DNA of 64,000 nt from Tubulanus polymorphus (Eukaryota > Animalia > Nemertea). How positions within the stretch are numbered: position 1 is the first letter of the stretch; the number at the start of each line of letters is the position of its first letter. The notes beneath the pieces are model-generated. The model searched no databases. It saw only the letters and a program-made list of their open reading frames with translations, and was not told where the DNA came from. The position numbers and the translations under genes were made by a program. The stretch is from assembly GCF_964204645.1 (NCBI RefSeq), contig NC_134025.1, forward strand, positions 10,602,001 to 10,666,000, written 5' to 3'. Below are positions 59,601 to 64,000 of the stretch, one piece after another.

Positions 59601-61432
59601 TGCTTTATAAAGCAATACAGAAACTATAGCGTTATTTTGCCGTACTCGAAACAACCGGTTCATGTAAGAAAACGTATTTATCTTCTCGAAGGGTATATAA
59701 CACATCTTTATTTTGAAAGCAGACTACAAAGTCTACGAAATTCAGTTCAGAAAATTTAGGAATCAGTTCCGCTTTCAGGTGCTTTTACATGCAGCTCCTG
59801 AATTGGAATTAGATTAACGTTTGATTCACTCTCCTGGCCGATCAATGTTAACATGTACTTAACTAGAATATTCAACTTAACATACATGTATATCATATCA
59901 TATTCAAGCAGGGATTAATTCGACAGGAATAACCATTGATTTTAGATAAATGGAACCCGTACACTGGCAGAAAATCTAGCCGACAATGGAGGGATACGGG
60001 TGGCCTTAGAGGTATGTGAAATGCCCCCAATGGAACCCCCTCCCCCGCAAAACCGCATAACGTTGTTGCACCCCTTTAAAAAAATATCTTAAGTTTTTTT
60101 TCGAAATTCATTTTGCCATTGTTTCAACGGTTTTATTATTATGCGGAATATCCCATGTAATCGAAAAACAAATCGAATTCATTCAACGAGCTCATCGGAC
60201 ATTCAACCGGTATGGATTGTTTGTTTTTGTTTTCTCAGGCATACGATAGCTACGCGGAAAGCCATGGAGAGGAGCCACAACTACCTCTACTGGATATGGC
60301 TAATGAACAGTCATTCTTCCTGGCTTTTGCTCAAGTGAGTTTTCCTATAAGTTAAACTTTCGTTTTCGCTTCTTTGAAGATGAAGTTTAGCCGAAGCTTC
60401 GAATCTGCCTGAATGAATAGTTAAATCATCAACTGTGGTTTTTGCTCTTACTGAAATATTGAGATTAATATCAGTCTACCAGTCGAGTTTTCCTGAGTTT
60501 GATACTCAAATGATGGCATCAACTAAATGATATCGCTCTACCAGTTCCACTGTCAATCCTCCACAGCCGTGGTGGAACAAATTGATCATTGAATCAATAG
60601 TTTTTTCATGATATTTTAGAAGATTCAGTCCAATTGAATTGTCTGTTTTTTCCTCAAATTTCAGGCTTTCTGCAGGAAAGCCGATCCACTTCTTTACACT
60701 AAAGAATTATTCTACGAAGAGCATTCGCCAAACGAATACAGGTATATAGCATTAACCGTTTGTTCTATCAGTATTTTTCAGCCGAATTTCTCGTGTTTCA
60801 GCAAAACATCAGCAACGCCCATTTTGACGAGCACTTTGCTGGCGGTGTTTGGAAAACAACCACCCAAAAAGCACATGCATAAAACTGCGTTCTTAATGGC
60901 GTAACCATGGAAAATCAATTGGGTTGTTGACACCCCTTCAGGACGTGTTTCCATCATAGCCACTTCTCGCTGATAGATTTTACCTTCTTCGTCTTCAGGG
61001 GTGGATTTAGGGGCTGGTCACGGGGTTCGGACCCCTGCCTTCCCATTGAGGTTATCAGTTTCGCCAAGACAAACATCGTTAAAACCTGCAAATCTTGCGC
61101 TCATCCTTTCGGAGTTTGCATCTCTTGTATTTCTTCAAAAACACATTAACGCCGAGGACGTGGGTCCCCGCTAGTGGCCTTTGACATGGCTGTCTTATTA
61201 GAAAAATGCCTTTTCTTTTCTTTTGGACCCCGCCATACCTCCTAGATCCGCCCCTGCCACATCCATTTGCAAAAACATGACTTTTTCATCAATTCATCTT
61301 AATATTCCTACATACGTTATTTCTGACTTTAGGGTAAACGGAGTTCTCCAAAATATGGACAGATTTTCACAGGCTTTTAAATGCAGCGCTGGAGCACCCA
61401 TGAATCCGGTCAATAAGTGCCGCATTTGGTGA
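50629..61432 (+). CDS. M13 family neprilysin/endothelin-converting-enzyme-like type II membrane zinc metallopeptidase, ~805-813 aa
   Basis: Exons 50629-50871 (TM helix [23 protein letters not shown]), 51628-51832 ([16 protein letters not shown]), 52323-52439, 52523-52668, [52709-52732 uncertain], 52766-52834, 53126-53239, 53332-53469, 54876-55006, 56417-56546, 56803-56967 (RWKYC), 57651-57827 (WMDEKTK), 58385-58500, 58596-58654 (VNAFY), 58811-58865, 59084-59151 (GHEITHGFD), 59518-59663, 59946-60011 (ENLADNGG), 60239-60334, 60665-60741 (EHSP..YR), 61333-61432 ([10 protein letters not shown]). Phases are consistent and the zinc-binding and catalytic residues are intact. Confidence 0.93.
51279..51376. 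mobile_element. Degenerate partial copy of the MITE family at 46.2 kb
   Basis: cagtctaagacca..ttctat..aagacttaaga..ctgtgcgactggctccag matches the 3' part of the unit. Confidence 0.5.
52917..53099. mobile_element. Tourist/Harbinger-like MITE in a neprilysin intron
   Basis: (a)GCCCAACGCACACGGCA...TGCCGTGTGCGTTGGGCC with TTA/TAA flanks and internal aaaacgtttt palindromes. Confidence 0.7.
55078..55202. mobile_element. Degenerate CAG-terminal MITE with 5-bp TSD
   Basis: cagggccgtgcctagc...gctaggtacaaccacg; flanks catag/tatag. Confidence 0.45.
57462..57628. mobile_element. Non-autonomous TIR element with 5-bp TSD, hAT5-like
   Basis: CAGGCCCG...CGGGCCTG flanked by CTATG/CTATG. Internal ttcatgaaa..ggaact..cgaacccct is shared with 5921-6278. 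Confidence 0.65.
57965..58240. mobile_element. Tc1/mariner-like MITE
   Basis: caggctgtccc...gggacgccctg|TA. Confidence 0.5.
60996..61256. mobile_element. MITE of the AGGGGCGGATCC family
   Basis: caggggtggatttag...ctagatccgcccctg. Its 5' part (ggggctggtc.c.ggg.tc.ggacccctgcct) also occurs at ~30318-30360. Confidence 0.6.
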
Positions 61433-62926
61433 CGAAAAACAAGAGGAAATACATATACATAATCAAACTCTATTCGGCTATGTTATTTTTAGCCTAGCGA
61501 TCAAAACATTTTCTTTAATTGACTCTAAAATGGGGAATCTCTGATACATTTATATACATATACATATCAACCGTCGCTTTATATTCGTTGCCCTGGAAAT
61601 GTTCTTTTAAAAGGCTCGGAATAGTTTATGCTTCATCTAGGTATAATGCTTAAACAATTAAATCAAATGTTACGCCTGAGCTAGCGGTGTCTAGATCGGC
61701 AGCTTTAACAACCTGTTACTTATTACATTCCAATCTGAAACACACCAGCTTGCATTTCGCACCAAATTTTCCTTTTTTTCGTCATTCTCACCTATCCCTG
61801 AATTTCATCAGATTACAAGCAGACGTGTTTTGTATATACATCTATATATGATATATATATATAGTTATGTGTGCTATGGAATCCTGTGATCTTTCAAAAA
61901 TGTGATATAGGTATATATGTTATTACGTCACGCTTTATATACAAACCGTACATATACGATACGTATGAAATTGTTGTTAGCCGAATTAAATATATGATGA
62001 AAAGCCAAATATTTTACTAAAATCGTCTTTGTTTCTCGTCATTTGTGAGCCCTACACGCTAATTCATTAGAATTTTGTCAAATACAGAAGATACTGCTCG
62101 AGTTGGATCCGATACATAGCATCCAACTCAGATATCTATGGTGGCTGATTCGGGCCATGTAATAAAAAGATCACAGACGTTACAAATTTTTTTTTGCGAC
62201 GCTTAAAAGTCGTTTTATTTTTCTCGTTTTATTGCGCAAAAAACGACATTTAGGCGTCTGTAAAAAATTTGCACCATTTTTGATTTTTTTACATTGCCCG
62301 AATCAGCCACCATAGATATCACTCAAGTCAGAATTATCTTTACAGTCCCAAATGGTCCAACTTGAGTGGAGTCTACTGTAATCAAGAAATATTTTTGCTG
62401 CATTATGTGACTGGTGTTTAGTTTTAGGAAAACGGCTGTCTGAATGAAATTTCCTCCTAAAACAAGAGTAGATTGGAGCAAAACAGTGGATGTGTTTCTC
62501 CACCAAAACCTGCACCAAATTCGCGGTCAGAGAATCGGAAAAAGCTGTTCAAAACGTTGTTCAAAAAGGTTTCAGTGACAACGTTACGAAAGATTAGTGC
62601 AATTAGGGCCAACAAACTATGCACAGGATCTCACCCGCCGCCAATCGGGAATTCGTTGCCGTTTCTAGTCCAATGGAATCGGCCTGGATCATAACGAGGA
62701 TATGGAAGTAGCCAGTTCAGAGAGAAATATCAACTAGAAAAATAAATGCGTTAATTATCGTTTAAAAATATAATTTTCATAGTCACATATCCACTGGATA
62801 ATAACACGGTACCAGGCAATGATGCACCCTCACAACAGCAATCTCTATCGCATATCATGTGAACTTAACTCAAATGCCACTGATTGTGGTACCGGCATAC
62901 ACATGCAGAACTATCAAAATAAAATA

Positions 62927-63225
62927 CAGGCCCGTGCCAAGCTTTTTTGGAGGACCAGTTCTATATCAAGTAGAAGGGCACTTTTTCACAGTGAAAAGGG
63001 GCACTTTCCTTTTGAAAAAAAGGATATCTTAGATATGCAGTGCTCGGTTAACTGAATGAATTATTTCAGAATGGATTACTTTTCATTTTCCCCCAAATAT
63101 CAAAATTGTATCCAATTTCGAAAAATCTTGACCAAGATTATTTGACACAGACTTTTTGATGGGAACTTGGGGGGCATTTTAGGGGGTTCGTTCGCTATCC
63201 CCATACCCCCCTTGGCACGGGTCAG
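62927..63225. mobile_element. Non-autonomous TIR element with 5-bp TSD, hAT5-like
   Basis: CAGGCCCGTGCCAAGG...CCTTGGCACGGGTCAG flanked by AAATA/AAATA. Confidence 0.65.
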
Positions 63226-63665
63226 AAATAAAAGAATCAAAAGGCGTTCACATCCTTCATTCATTTATCACTCAGTTGGTAGATAATTGAAAATAATTTA
63301 GATAAGTCCAACTTAGATATAACTCAGCACTGTTTTACAATGAGAAAATAAAAACACTCATATTACGAGCATAACAAAAAGCTGCGATTTGCTGCCACAA
63401 AACAACATTCAATTTCGATGTCATGTACAATAACTGTGACATGCCTGAGATGGCTTGCTGATGCACACATTTCGGTCATGTACTGAAAGTTATTCACAAA
63501 CATCAGATCAGCTATTCAGCCTGATTTTTTACTTCTTTGTTTTTACTAATTTTTAATTCCAAAGGAAGTTTCAACCAAGTTAAAAATGAACCCGCATATT
63601 CCTCACGCTGCAGTGAGATCATGTGCTTAACCAATACAGACGCATGGTAAATCCAGAATGAAAGT

Positions 63666-63798
63666 TCAGGGTCCAGTGCATCAAAAATTTGTTAGAGTTA
63701 ACCAGTGGATAGCTGATAAGTGACAATTAAAAGTTAATTATCACTATGGTATTTATCCGTCGGTTATCTTAAACCATCCTTTCAGCAACCGGCCCCAG
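63666..63798. mobile_element. Degenerate Harbinger-like MITE
   Basis: caggggtccagt...aaccggccccag termini with internal palindromic gataa/ttatc blocks. Confidence 0.4.
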
Positions 63799-64000
63799 GG
63801 GTTTCCTCCTTTGGGAAGGTGCCTTTCTTCTATAAAATAAGTCACCGCCGACCTAAAAGCCTACCCACGATGGCACAGTTTCACTGTTGTAAGTAAGTCA
63901 AATTCTTTCGATGTCTTCATTTTCAACGCATTAACTCAATAGTCGAATTGTAACTTATGTTTCAGTGACCCTGGGTCCGATGCTGTTTGCATCGAAGACA

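Overview
This is eukaryotic, intron-rich, AT-rich genomic DNA from an animal, most likely a bilaterian invertebrate; it is not prokaryotic. Exons were assembled by eye using GT-AG boundaries and phase consistency, giving four protein-coding genes. (1) A DUSP10/MKP5-type MAP-kinase phosphatase (minus, 4 exons, 21631->15237, ~410 aa). (2) A small 3-exon EF-hand protein that the ORF track mostly misses (minus, 30849->29409, 170 aa). (3) TFIIA alpha/beta precursor GTF2A1 (plus, 11 exons, 32543-44707), head-to-head with the EF-hand gene. (4) An M13 neprilysin/ECE-like zinc peptidase (plus, ~20-21 exons, 50629-61432). There is also an intron-containing tRNA-Ile(TAT), many MITEs, LINE fragments and (TA)n microsatellites. 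The strongest non-coding signal is a ~25 kb domain around the DUSP10-like gene with at least 25 perfect AP-1 heptamers, against about 2 seen in the remaining 39 kb; it is a candidate JNK/AP-1 negative-feedback regulatory domain. Other notable structures are an AGGCCT cluster just downstream of the TFIIA start, a nested inverted-repeat complex with TATGG termini, CAG..CTG elements with 5-bp TSDs, and a MITE array inserted inside its own family member. All motif counts are by eye and should be recomputed.
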